The notes: a model not told the origin generated them from the letters alone. A stretch of DNA of 63,166 bases from Thermoproteota archaeon (GCA_013154235.1 JAADCV010000100.1:1-63166), one strand, 5' to 3'. Numbered from the stretch's first letter, positions 43,888 to 51,893 are shown. A program made the numbers and translations.

Positions 43888-43901
43888 TGAACATATGTTC
43901 A
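43888..43901. promoter_or_regulatory. Perfect 14-bp palindrome TGAACATATGTTCA upstream of glnA
   Basis: Self-complementary sequence read directly. About 100 nt upstream of glnA ATG and 30 nt downstream of the preceding stop. Confidence 0.4.
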
Positions 43902-44002
43902 TGAAGTAAATCACGTGCCCAGCTGCAGCCATTAGACGAACGTCCATTATCTAAAGCCGCTCAGCATATCAACCTATCCTTGCAACCCCTAATCCGAGGT
44001 GA

Positions 44003-45391
44003 ATGGATACGGCAAGCGTAGTGAGCAAGATACGTGGATCAGAGGTTGAGTGGATAGACCTGCACTTCACCGATCTTGCCGGGTACCTTAGGCACGTAAC
44101 TATTCATGCATCGCTCGTAACTGAGGATGCCATTAAGAGAGGGCTGGGAAAGCTCGATGGAAGTAGCGTGAAGGGGTTTAGCGATATACACGAGAGCGAC
44201 CTTGTACTAAGACCTCTTGAAGAGACCTTCGCGTTAATTCCCTGGAGCAAAGGGCTTGCCAGATTCATATGTGCTGTTCACTCACCCGATGGATCCAGAT
44301 TCCCTAGAGACCCTCGGTGGATAGCAGAGAGAGCTGAGCAGTATCTCGCTGAGCAAGGACTTAGAGCTCTCGTAGCAGCAGAGCTCGAGTTCTTCATATT
44401 CGACTCAGTAAAGGTCTCTATCCAGCCGACAAAGCAGTGCTACGAGATAGTATCTAGTGAGATCGAGGGAACTAACTTCTTCAACAGGGTTAAGGAAGGA
44501 TACTACGTGCCTACGCCACACGATAAGTACCTAGATCTAAGGATGGAGATCTGCGACCACCTAAGGAAGTACTTTGGCATACCCACAACAGTCGCTCATC
44601 ACGAGGTCGCCGCCGCTGGCCAAGCAGAGATAAATTACGAGGCTGACTCGCCAGCGCGCTCAGCTGATGCAGTTCAAACAATAAAGTTCGTTGTAAAGAA
44701 CGTTTCGTGGAAGCACGGGCTCACCGCAACATTCATGCCGAAACCCATTGCCGGAGACAATGGGAGCGGAATGCACGTCCACGTATCAATCTGGAGAGGC
44801 TCTGAGAACCTCTTCTACGATCCTAGCGATGAGTACGCCGAGCTAAGCCAATTCGCTAGATACTTCATAGGGGGACTCATAGAGCATGGCAGAGCGCTAT
44901 CAGCTATCGTTAGCCCTACGATAAACAGCTATAGAAGACTCATACCCGGGTACGAAGCACCGGTTTACCTCGTTTGGAGCCGCGCTAACAGGAGCGCAGC
45001 TATAAGAGTGCCCTACTACTTCAAGCGGGACGAACCCTCCAAGAAAAGAATTGAGTTTAGGCCTCCGGACCCCAGCGCTAACCCCTACCTAGCGTTTGCA
45101 GCTATAATCATGGCTGGAATGGACGGCGTTAAGAAAGCCATAGACCCTGGAAGCCCCATTGATGAGAACGTGTATAGACTAGATGATAGCGTTAGGAAAG
45201 CTATGGGCATAAGGACTGTTCCTAGATCACTTGAAGAAGCCCTAGACGAGCTTGAAAGCGATAACGAGTGGCTCAAGCCGGTGTTCCCCAGGGAGGTCAT
45301 AGAGACCTACATAGAGATGAAAAGACTCGAGTGCAAGAGATTTGCACAGGCGGTGAGCCCAATAGAGCTCTTCATGTACCTAGACGTGTAG
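44003..45391 (+). CDS. glnA: Glutamine synthetase type I
   Basis: 462 aa; ..KPIAGDNGSGMHVHVS.., ..NSYRRL.PGYEAP.., ..RIEFR.PD.SANPYLA motifs. Confidence 0.92.
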   Translation: MDTASVVSKIRGSEVEWIDLHFTDLAGYLRHVTIHASLVTEDAIKRGLGKLDGSSVKGFSDIHESDLVLRPLEETFALIPWSKGLARFICAVHSPDGSRFPRDPRWIAERAEQYLAEQGLRALVAAELEFFIFDSVKVSIQPTKQCYEIVSSEIEGTNFFNRVKEGYYVPTPHDKYLDLRMEICDHLRKYFGIPTTVAHHEVAAAGQAEINYEADSPARSADAVQTIKFVVKNVSWKHGLTATFMPKPIAGDNGSGMHVHVSIWRGSENLFYDPSDEYAELSQFARYFIGGLIEHGRALSAIVSPTINSYRRLIPGYEAPVYLVWSRANRSAAIRVPYYFKRDEPSKKRIEFRPPDPSANPYLAFAAIIMAGMDGVKKAIDPGSPIDENVYRLDDSVRKAMGIRTVPRSLEEALDELESDNEWLKPVFPREVIETYIEMKRLECKRFAQAVSPIELFMYLDV

Positions 45392-45447
45392 AGCTAAACA
45401 CCTATAACCCGTTTTCCCACGCTTATACCGAGCGGTGGACTCAAGGC

Positions 45448-46263
45448 GTGAAGAGATACAACCTTGTGTACGTGATATTCGCGCTAGCTGTGCTAGGATC
45501 TATAGTAAAGATCTTCGGGGGATTCGAGTACGGGTCGCGTGCACTATTCATAGACGCGCTAACATCCATGGCCAACCTCGTAGCCCTTGGACTAACAGCG
45601 CATTTTCTAAAGATGAGCTTAGCACCCCCAGACAAGGACCATCCCTATGGTCACTACCGAGTTGCTCTAGGAGGGCCATTCTCAACGCTGATAGCATACG
45701 CGTTTGTTGGAGGGATCGCTGTAACCGATCTAGTCAAAGTATCTCCGTATCACGTCTCGATATACGCTGCCATCTGTGCCGGGATAGGGCTATTCTTGTA
45801 CCTAGGAGCCATTCTGCTCTCCCGGAAGCTAGGAGGAGCACTATCAACCTACGCTGTATTTACGTGGACTGAGGTTCTCGAAAGCTCCATAACTATTGCA
45901 GCAGCGCTTGGAGGAGCGATCTTCTCCTACCTAGTCGACTACGTAGGCGCTATAGTGATAACAGCCTTCATATTCTACGAGATAGTGGAGGAGGGACGCA
46001 AGTTTCTAGAAATGATTAGCGACATAACGCAACCGCAGCTGATAGAGGAGATAGTAAGCGAGTTGAGCAAGCGTGGGCTTAGAGTGAAGTGCGTAAGAAT
46101 ACGAAGAGTCTCGCACAGCGTGTACCAAGGAGATATAACTATAGAGCTAGACCCCAATACCCCCCTAGATAAGGCTCATCAAGTTGCCGACGAGATCGAG
46201 AACCTTCTCAGGAACAAGTATCGCGTAGAAGCCGTGGTTCACGTAGAGCCGAGATCCTCTTAG
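45448..46263 (+). CDS. Cation diffusion facilitator (CDF) family metal efflux transporter
   Basis: Six TM segments plus cytoplasmic C-terminal domain (..VRIRRVSH.VYQGDITIELD....L.KAH.VADEIE....VHVEP). GTG 45448 chosen; the track start 45268 lies inside glnA. Confidence 0.75.
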   Translation: MKRYNLVYVIFALAVLGSIVKIFGGFEYGSRALFIDALTSMANLVALGLTAHFLKMSLAPPDKDHPYGHYRVALGGPFSTLIAYAFVGGIAVTDLVKVSPYHVSIYAAICAGIGLFLYLGAILLSRKLGGALSTYAVFTWTEVLESSITIAAALGGAIFSYLVDYVGAIVITAFIFYEIVEEGRKFLEMISDITQPQLIEEIVSELSKRGLRVKCVRIRRVSHSVYQGDITIELDPNTPLDKAHQVADEIENLLRNKYRVEAVVHVEPRSS

Positions 46264-46298
46264 TACGGCATATACAAGTTTTAGCGCTTATCCAACAG

Positions 46299-46305
46299 TT
46301 TATAT
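46299..46305 (+). promoter_or_regulatory. TATA-like box TTTATAT upstream of the TFS paralogue
   Basis: About 50 nt upstream of ACG 46354. Predicts a transcript that includes GGTGA (46343-46347). Confidence 0.35.
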
Positions 46306-46380
46306 CCGTGCATAGCTCTAGCTATTTCGAGGAGCCGCGGTAGGTGATGAGCCACGTTCTTCTGTCCGAAGTGCGGTTCA

Positions 46381-46683
46381 GTGATGAGGAGCGTAAAGGG
46401 GAAGCTCGTATGCCCACGCTGCGGGTTTACACGTGATGCAAGCCCTAAGGACCTGGCGTCGATGAGAAAGGTGATCGTGTTCGAGCGAAGAATAGAGGCT
46501 AAGATAATCACCGTAGGCTTACCTCCAGGAGCGATACTTAGAAGCGATGTAACGTGCCCACGCTGCGGGCACAAAGGCGTGTATTACTGGCGTAGACAGC
46601 GCAGCAGTGCAGAAAGCTCGGATCTTATAGAAAGGGTCTGGAAGTGTCCCTCCTGCGGCCATGAATGGGTCGAAATAGAGTAG
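46381..46683 (+). CDS. TFS/TFIIS-type zinc-ribbon protein, second paralogue (N-terminal Zn ribbon extends upstream of the called start)
   Basis: C-terminal CPRCGH..VYYW...Q....KCPSCGHEW ribbon. In-frame upstream codons 46354-46380 encode TFFCPKCGS, the first CxxC of the N-terminal ribbon. Confidence 0.75.
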   Translation: MMRSVKGKLVCPRCGFTRDASPKDLASMRKVIVFERRIEAKIITVGLPPGAILRSDVTCPRCGHKGVYYWRRQRSSAESSDLIERVWKCPSCGHEWVEIE

Positions 46684-46742
46684 TCGTGTCTCTCGCAAGC
46701 TATCTTTATATGCCTTCCCTCGTTCATAGCGTTGGGTGCGCG

Positions 46743-47345
46743 ATGAAGCGGGTGAAGCAAGTAGATACATCATGTCCTCACGGAATATACGTATACGATC
46801 GCGAAGCTGACGAGTGGGTGCTGGTAGCTACAGAAGGAGAACCCTTTAAGCCAACTAGGGATGGTATCTACGCTATATATTTCGATAACACCAAGTGCCC
46901 AGCATGTCGGAGGTACGATCCAATATGGTTTAACTACGTTAAGAAGTACTCGCAGAAGAATCCTCAAATGAACTTCGTAATAGTTCTATGCGAATGGTTT
47001 GCTCGGAACTGCAAATCTGAAGCAGCATCAAAGACGTTTAAGGAGTTCGACGTGCATGCGTCGCCCACTACCGTATTCCTCTACGTTAAGGGTGGGAAAG
47101 CCGTCTATAAGGAGAAGTACGAGGGAGTTCTCTACGAGTTCGAGCTATCAATGATAACAGACGGCTTCGCGGATCGCGCTGAGCGTAGCTTGCGTGGAGA
47201 AAAGGTTCAGCCACCCATAAAGGCAACAGCTTCATCAGCGCTTCAGCAACTAATATCAGAGCTGCTGAAGATGATTATAGAGAAGGAGATGAAGCAAGGA
47301 GCTAAAAGCGAAGAAACTAAAGAGAGCCCCGAGTCGGGAACCTGA
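46743..47345 (+). CDS. Thioredoxin-fold protein with CPAC site
   Basis: ..IYFDNTKCPACRRYDPIW.. and ..ASPTTVFLY.. (cis-Pro-loop-like). ATG 46743. Confidence 0.6.
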   Translation: MKRVKQVDTSCPHGIYVYDREADEWVLVATEGEPFKPTRDGIYAIYFDNTKCPACRRYDPIWFNYVKKYSQKNPQMNFVIVLCEWFARNCKSEAASKTFKEFDVHASPTTVFLYVKGGKAVYKEKYEGVLYEFELSMITDGFADRAERSLRGEKVQPPIKATASSALQQLISELLKMIIEKEMKQGAKSEETKESPESGT

Positions 47346-47421
47346 TTCGCTATCCGATGAGGAGGTTCCTGCCGGACGGCTGATACCATGATGAATGAGG
47401 CCGCGACCTGAGGTATCTGAC

Positions 47422-48300
47422 ATGCGTGCTCTTTTCGTCGGGAACTTAACTATCGATGTTCTAGATAATAGGGTTCGTGTGGGAGGATCTGGATTCTATG
47501 GTGGTGTAGCACTATCGGAGTACCTAGGTGTTGAGACGTACGTGCTTTCTTCGGCTAGCGAGAAGTATGGACCTCTTTTTCGAAGTGTTCTATCGACTTA
47601 CGGGATTAAGCTTCTCGAGGTGAAGTGCCACTCTGTCGCCACCTTTAGGATAAGCGGTAGGAAAATGTGGATCCTCGATAGTGGGTGTTGCATACCTAAG
47701 TCTAGCATCGATACATCGATATCGGTAGTGCGTCCCGATATACTCTTGCTGACTCCAGTATTCAAAGAACTTGCGATTAGCGACTCTCTAGAGGTGTTAA
47801 GCTCCTTTAACGGGGTTAAAGCTGTTGATCTGCAGGGCTTCGTTAGAGAGAGACTTGACTCGCGCTTAGCTTGCGTTTGGAGGGAGCAACTCAAGGATGT
47901 TGTTATGAACTCGACGGTTGTTCATGGAAACATAAAGGAGTTTTGTATAGGGGCAGACGCCGCTGATGTCATGCGGTGGCTTAGGGATTATAGTAAAAGA
48001 TGCTCCGCATTAATACTGGCTAGCCTCGATGAAAAAGGGTGCTACGCAGCATATCGCGGAAGGGTATACCTCGTACCAGCCCCACCAACATCAGCTATCG
48101 ATGATGTGGGTGCGGGGGATATACTGACCGCCGTAGCTGCATACTACCTAGCTCAAGGAGTAACCCCGCTAGAGGCTGCATGCCGCGGGGTTGCAGCAGC
48201 ATCGTTAAAGGTGGAGAACCCCTATAGCGCATGGTTCGATAGAGAGTCCATAGACACTGTATCAAAATCCTTGCTGCATCTAATTAAAGAAATCGTCTAG
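47422..48300 (+). CDS. PfkB-family carbohydrate/nucleoside kinase
   Basis: N-terminal FVGNLTIDV and C-terminal AIDDVGAGD anion-hole motif. Confidence 0.8.
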   Translation: MRALFVGNLTIDVLDNRVRVGGSGFYGGVALSEYLGVETYVLSSASEKYGPLFRSVLSTYGIKLLEVKCHSVATFRISGRKMWILDSGCCIPKSSIDTSISVVRPDILLLTPVFKELAISDSLEVLSSFNGVKAVDLQGFVRERLDSRLACVWREQLKDVVMNSTVVHGNIKEFCIGADAADVMRWLRDYSKRCSALILASLDEKGCYAAYRGRVYLVPAPPTSAIDDVGAGDILTAVAAYYLAQGVTPLEAACRGVAAASLKVENPYSAWFDRESIDTVSKSLLHLIKEIV

Positions 48301-48355
48301 ATGATGACTTCAGCCTACGCTGACGAAGCTACGTGATGAGTACGACGGGGGCTGA
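48301..48355 (+). ncRNA. C/D box sRNA candidate 6 (best)
   Basis: C AUGAUGA 48301-48307 (abuts the UAG stop of the PfkB gene), 12-nt guide, D' CUGA 48320-48323, 9-nt spacer, C' GUGAUGA 48333-48339, 12-nt guide, D CUGA 48352-48355. Confidence 0.8.
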
Positions 48356-48375
48356 GTCACCGCGTGGGTTTTTCA

Positions 48376-48723
48376 TCATTTATCAGCTCTTAAAACCTCG
48401 ATCATCCCGGCTCTCGCTCTCGCACCCACCTCTACCGCTAAATGTATCGCCTCATATACCTCGCGCCTAAGCCTTCTAGGGATACCAATAATGTTGACTA
48501 CCTCAACTCTAGCTTCCCTAACGCGGTCTACGCAAGCATCGTTAACTGGTAGGACGCAGTTAATCTCTCCAGCTACACCCTTCTTGCTAGCTAAGAACTC
48601 CTTAAGCTCCTCGCAAGAGCTGAATATCTCTACATGCTCGACTCCCAGAACACCACGCAGTAGTACGCCTACGATAAGCTTACATACGTCAACTACTACC
48701 AGGATTCTTCTCTCTAGCTTCAT
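48376..48723 (-). CDS. Hypothetical protein, 115 aa
   Basis: ATG ORF immediately downstream of, and slightly overlapping, rpoL. Confidence 0.5.
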   Translation of the reverse strand: MKLERRILVVVDVCKLIVGVLLRGVLGVEHVEIFSSCEELKEFLASKKGVAGEINCVLPVNDACVDRVREARVEVVNIIGIPRRLRREVYEAIHLAVEVGARARAGMIEVLRADK

Positions 48724-49012
48724 GCTCCCTCATCGCTGCCTCGAACTCTGTTAGAAATCTGTTCGCTAGCTCTCTAGCCTCACTTAGAACCTCTTCTAAA
48801 ACCTCGATCGGGTGCCTAGTTCCGTCGGTGAGTATCACAACCTCTGGGTCTGACACCAGCGGATGATCTATTATGTAAGCAGCGTAGACAACACCCTTCT
48901 TCCTGATAGCCAGCTTAGCGATGAGATTCGGAAGCGAGTGCTTGTCTGGATCCCTCACGTAGAAGCGCAGCTCGCGATCGCTGCACTTCTTCAACTCTAT
49001 GTCTACGGGCAT
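48689..49012 (-). CDS. rpoL: DNA-directed RNA polymerase subunit Rpo11 (L)
   Basis: ELRFYVRDPDKHSLPNLIAKLA....V.YAAY.IDHPL...PEVVI.TDG. ATG 49012 preferred over 49063. Confidence 0.85.
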   Translation of the reverse strand: MPVDIELKKCSDRELRFYVRDPDKHSLPNLIAKLAIRKKGVVYAAYIIDHPLVSDPEVVILTDGTRHPIEVLEEVLSEARELANRFLTEFEAAMREHEAREKNPGSS

Positions 49013-49072
49013 ATACACACCTAGCACTAGCTCGTAGAGAGACTCAAAAACTCTTTCTCTCAATAGCCTGGG

Positions 49073-49123
49073 TCAGCGAGTGCAAGGATCCTCATCTACT
49101 CGGTGGGCTCAGGCATTCATCAC
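49073..49123 (-). ncRNA. C/D box sRNA candidate 7 (weaker)
   Basis: Minus strand: C GUGAUGA (49123-49117, contains the UGA stop of the upstream ORF), 12 nt, poor D' ACCG, C' AUGAGGA (49095-49089), 12-nt guide, D CUGA (49076-49073). Confidence 0.4.
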
Positions 49124-49728
49124 CCTTCTTCTGCATACTCTAGAAATCTCCTAATAGCTTCCTCGATACTGACCACAAGCTCTCCATCCTCGTTAAGAAG
49201 CCCGTACTCAAACGCTCTCCTAGCTACCTGGTGAGGCTCTAGCCCCGTAAGGATGCTGCAGGCTGCCGCGAAACGCCTTGTAGTATATGGCAGGGGGAGT
49301 CTTGAAGCCTTCTCTATGGCTTCCCCTAGCTCTCTAGCGTACTGAACTAGCGTATCCATATCGGTGTCAGCATATATCATGTCTCCTTTCACTGTTGCCG
49401 GAATACCGTTCGATCTGAGAACCGCTGCCAGAACGTCTAGAGGTACAGCTCTCTTAGCGAGCTTCGCAAGCTCATCAGCCTTAACGCCATGTTTAGGACT
49501 AGCACGGCTTCTCCTAACTAGGTTAATTATCTCCCTAAGCCTAAGTACGGTTCTCTGAACCTCAGGCTCGAACCCTATGACCCTAAACCTCAGTTTGCCT
49601 CCCCTAACCTCAGCAATAATGGTTGCATGCGAGGAAAGCTCCTCATCGATCCTCTCCAGAAGCTCTGTGCAAAAATCCTGAGAACCGCACTCTATATGGA
49701 CTACCTTCTCTACGATTCCTCTCTTCAA
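49120..49728 (-). CDS. Conserved archaeal hypothetical protein, 202 aa
   Basis: ATG ORF between csl4 and rpoL, 4-nt overlap with csl4. Position typical of the archaeal exosome/RNAP neighbourhood. Confidence 0.55.
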   Translation of the reverse strand: MKRGIVEKVVHIECGSQDFCTELLERIDEELSSHATIIAEVRGGKLRFRVIGFEPEVQRTVLRLREIINLVRRSRASPKHGVKADELAKLAKRAVPLDVLAAVLRSNGIPATVKGDMIYADTDMDTLVQYARELGEAIEKASRLPLPYTTRRFAAACSILTGLEPHQVARRAFEYGLLNEDGELVVSIEEAIRRFLEYAEEG

Positions 49729-50309
49729 CTCTTCTTCGAACCCCTCCTAGCGGTAACCATGTAGTCTATAGATATCTTGCGTGTCTCAACGTTTCCACAA
49801 GCACTGCAGATAAGCGTTCCATCTCGCTTAGCTAGCACTGCACCACACCTAGAGCAGTGCGCTAGTATCACACCCATTCTCGGCTCCTTCGTGCTCAGCA
49901 ACAGCGGTACATAGCTATTCACAACTCTAGCCCTAATCAAGTCACCTAGTTTTACTGCATCGTATATGGTCTCAAGGCGCTGATCGGAGATCTGCGATAT
50001 GTGTAGCAAGCCCGTTATGGGGTTCTTGAACGGTGCATAGATATCGAATCCTATCACTTTAACTATAGCTACATCCTCCTTCACAGCAGCGACAATCCCA
50101 ACAACCGCATCGCCCTGCTTAGGTAGCGCGCTCTTGCGGACAAGCGGTTTGACACTGACTCTCCTCGAAGCCATGTCGAACACGGGCTCTCCTATAATCG
50201 CAGCTCTAACAACACCCTTATCGTCAAGGTAGGTTCCTGGCCCCGGCATGAACTCTTCCTCGACGCATAAGGGTTCGCCTGGCATCACTATTCTCTTGCT
50301 CAGCGACAT
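49725..50309 (-). CDS. csl4: Exosome complex RNA-binding subunit Csl4
   Basis: N-terminal VMPGEPL..EEF.PG.GTY, central S1 domain, C-terminal Zn ribbon CSRCG....LICSACG. Confidence 0.85.
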   Translation of the reverse strand: MSLSKRIVMPGEPLCVEEEFMPGPGTYLDDKGVVRAAIIGEPVFDMASRRVSVKPLVRKSALPKQGDAVVGIVAAVKEDVAIVKVIGFDIYAPFKNPITGLLHISQISDQRLETIYDAVKLGDLIRARVVNSYVPLLLSTKEPRMGVILAHCSRCGAVLAKRDGTLICSACGNVETRKISIDYMVTARRGSKKS

Positions 50310-50928
50310 GGCTTCGCACCCTCTTCATTACGTATAGCGCTACTCTAAACCTATGAACTTTCCTCCTATGCCTTTCATACATAGCCGGTATAGCTATGTC
50401 TCTAACATCGATAATGCTAGGTTTAAAACCGTGGAGAACAGCCTCGCGGACAATGATTGCGTTGCTCTCCTCGTTAAACTTGTGGATAGTGTACACAGCC
50501 TCCCTAGCAATGCGCAGCGCTACCCTAAGGAACTCTATGTCTGCCCCGCGCCTGACGACGCCAAAGGGAGGATTCATCACGACCGTATCCACGCCCCTAA
50601 GACTGAGGAGCCTAACATCGCTAACAACGAGGTGAATAAAGGCGTTACCCCCAAGGTTCCTCGAGGCCACGTAAACTGCATCGCTATCTATGTCTATGCA
50701 GATCACGTCCCGAGCACCGAGTAGGAAAGCACCATAGCTGAGGATCCCCGTTCCGCAACCTAGGTCGGCTACCGCTCTCCCATAGATATCCCCAAGCATG
50801 TGTGCTGACCAGAGGAGTGCGCTAGCTGTATCTGGATCCGTGGGGTACTGCTCTAGCCTCCGCTTAGGGTTGGCGAAGCCCTGCAAGCGACTCAGCGCCA
50901 TGCTAAGCTCCTTCCGGCTTCTCACCAT
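50224..50928 (-). CDS. Class I SAM-dependent methyltransferase with NPPFG motif (METTL5-like)
   Basis: LEQYPT, DLGCGTGIL, VVMNPPFG. 3' end overlaps csl4 by about 60-86 nt. Confidence 0.8.
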   Translation of the reverse strand: MVRSRKELSMALSRLQGFANPKRRLEQYPTDPDTASALLWSAHMLGDIYGRAVADLGCGTGILSYGAFLLGARDVICIDIDSDAVYVASRNLGGNAFIHLVVSDVRLLSLRGVDTVVMNPPFGVVRRGADIEFLRVALRIAREAVYTIHKFNEESNAIIVREAVLHGFKPSIIDVRDIAIPAMYERHRRKVHRFRVALYVMKRVRSHVAEQENSDARRTLMRRGRVHAGARNLP

Positions 50929-51893
50929 GGGTACACATACCTATCTATTCTACCCTCTAAAGCCATTAGCGCCTCCCCTGGCGTGAGTACGGGCTTTTCG
51001 TATCTAGAGAGATCATCTATTGCTATCCTAGGGCATGCAGCTACCACAATGCAGTCGTAGCTGCACGGATCGATGTTGCGAATAGTGCTCTCGTCTATGC
51101 TGTACGCTACTGCAACGTGGATGCGCTGCGAACTCGATAGAGCACTTCGTATCCTGTCGATGACGGTGCTGCGGTGCTGGCCGAGAACGCCGTCTATTAC
51201 TAGCCAATGTCTAGCGTTAATGCATTTACTAATCTTCCAGAGCCTCACTCTAAGTATCTTTTCGACTAAGCTGCGCGCACCCTTAACGTTACGTTCGTAG
51301 GGGTCTATGCAGATAACCTTGTTAGCGCTAGTCATAAGCGCTGCTGAGACGCAGTGAAAGTCACCACCAGCAATAACCACTACTCTATCGCAGCTAGCTG
51401 CAGCAGGTGGTGCGTAGCAACCAAGTATCAACCCTACAAATCTTGCACGGGCAAGCCCGCTAGCAACTCTAGACGCCTTGAGATGCTGAGCTGTTGTTAC
51501 CACGCAGCAACTCTCTACATCCCTGCACACCTCCTCAATCCTCTCAGCCAGCCATTCAATGTTAGCGCCTCTCCACTCTAGAGGTATGTACAGCACTGGA
51601 ATGCTTGGGCTGTAGAATGGGTACTCTAGGTGACCGAAGTGCACTAGCGCTTCAGCTCCAACAGCTCTAGCACCAACCTCGTCAACTAGACAAGAACCGT
51701 AGCTAGGGTTCGCGCTAAGGGTAAGTATAACATTTTCGATTTGACTCTCGATCTCGCTATAAATGTAGCTAAAGCATCTCATTAGCGCTGGTGGAAGCTG
51801 TATCAAAACCTTCCTGTATCCTCCGCTCCTTAACCAGTTCACAACTCTATCAATTTCAAAGTCGTACTCTAGGCAAAAACTGGGATACGACAT
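50922..51893 (-). CDS. dph2: Diphthamide synthesis radical-SAM enzyme Dph2
   Basis: YDFEIDRVVNWL....Y..VLIQLP, ..NPSYGSCLVDE.., ..ALVHFGH. Confidence 0.85.
   Translation of the reverse strand: MSYPSFCLEYDFEIDRVVNWLRSGGYRKVLIQLPPALMRCFSYIYSEIESQIENVILTLSANPSYGSCLVDEVGARAVGAEALVHFGHLEYPFYSPSIPVLYIPLEWRGANIEWLAERIEEVCRDVESCCVVTTAQHLKASRVASGLARARFVGLILGCYAPPAAASCDRVVVIAGGDFHCVSAALMTSANKVICIDPYERNVKGARSLVEKILRVRLWKISKCINARHWLVIDGVLGQHRSTVIDRIRSALSSSQRIHVAVAYSIDESTIRNIDPCSYDCIVVAACPRIAIDDLSRYEKPVLTPGEALMALEGRIDRYVYPW

Noticed and set aside
45268-45447. N-terminal 60 aa of ORF 45268-46263, which overlaps the 3' end of glnA.
   Set aside because: The overlapped part has no membrane or CDF character. 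GTG 45448, just after the glnA stop, begins directly at the first TM segment.
46281-46574. 97-aa minus-strand ORF antisense to the TFS paralogue.
   Set aside because: It has no motifs, and the + strand encodes two recognisable zinc ribbons.
47355-47420. C/D-like motifs between the thioredoxin-fold and PfkB genes: CGAUGAG ... CUGA-UACC-AUGAUGA-N13-CUGA.
   Set aside because: The first box C is degenerate and lies 18 nt from D', so only one half fits the 12-13-nt rule. It is worth a look in small-RNA data but is not supportable as a feature.
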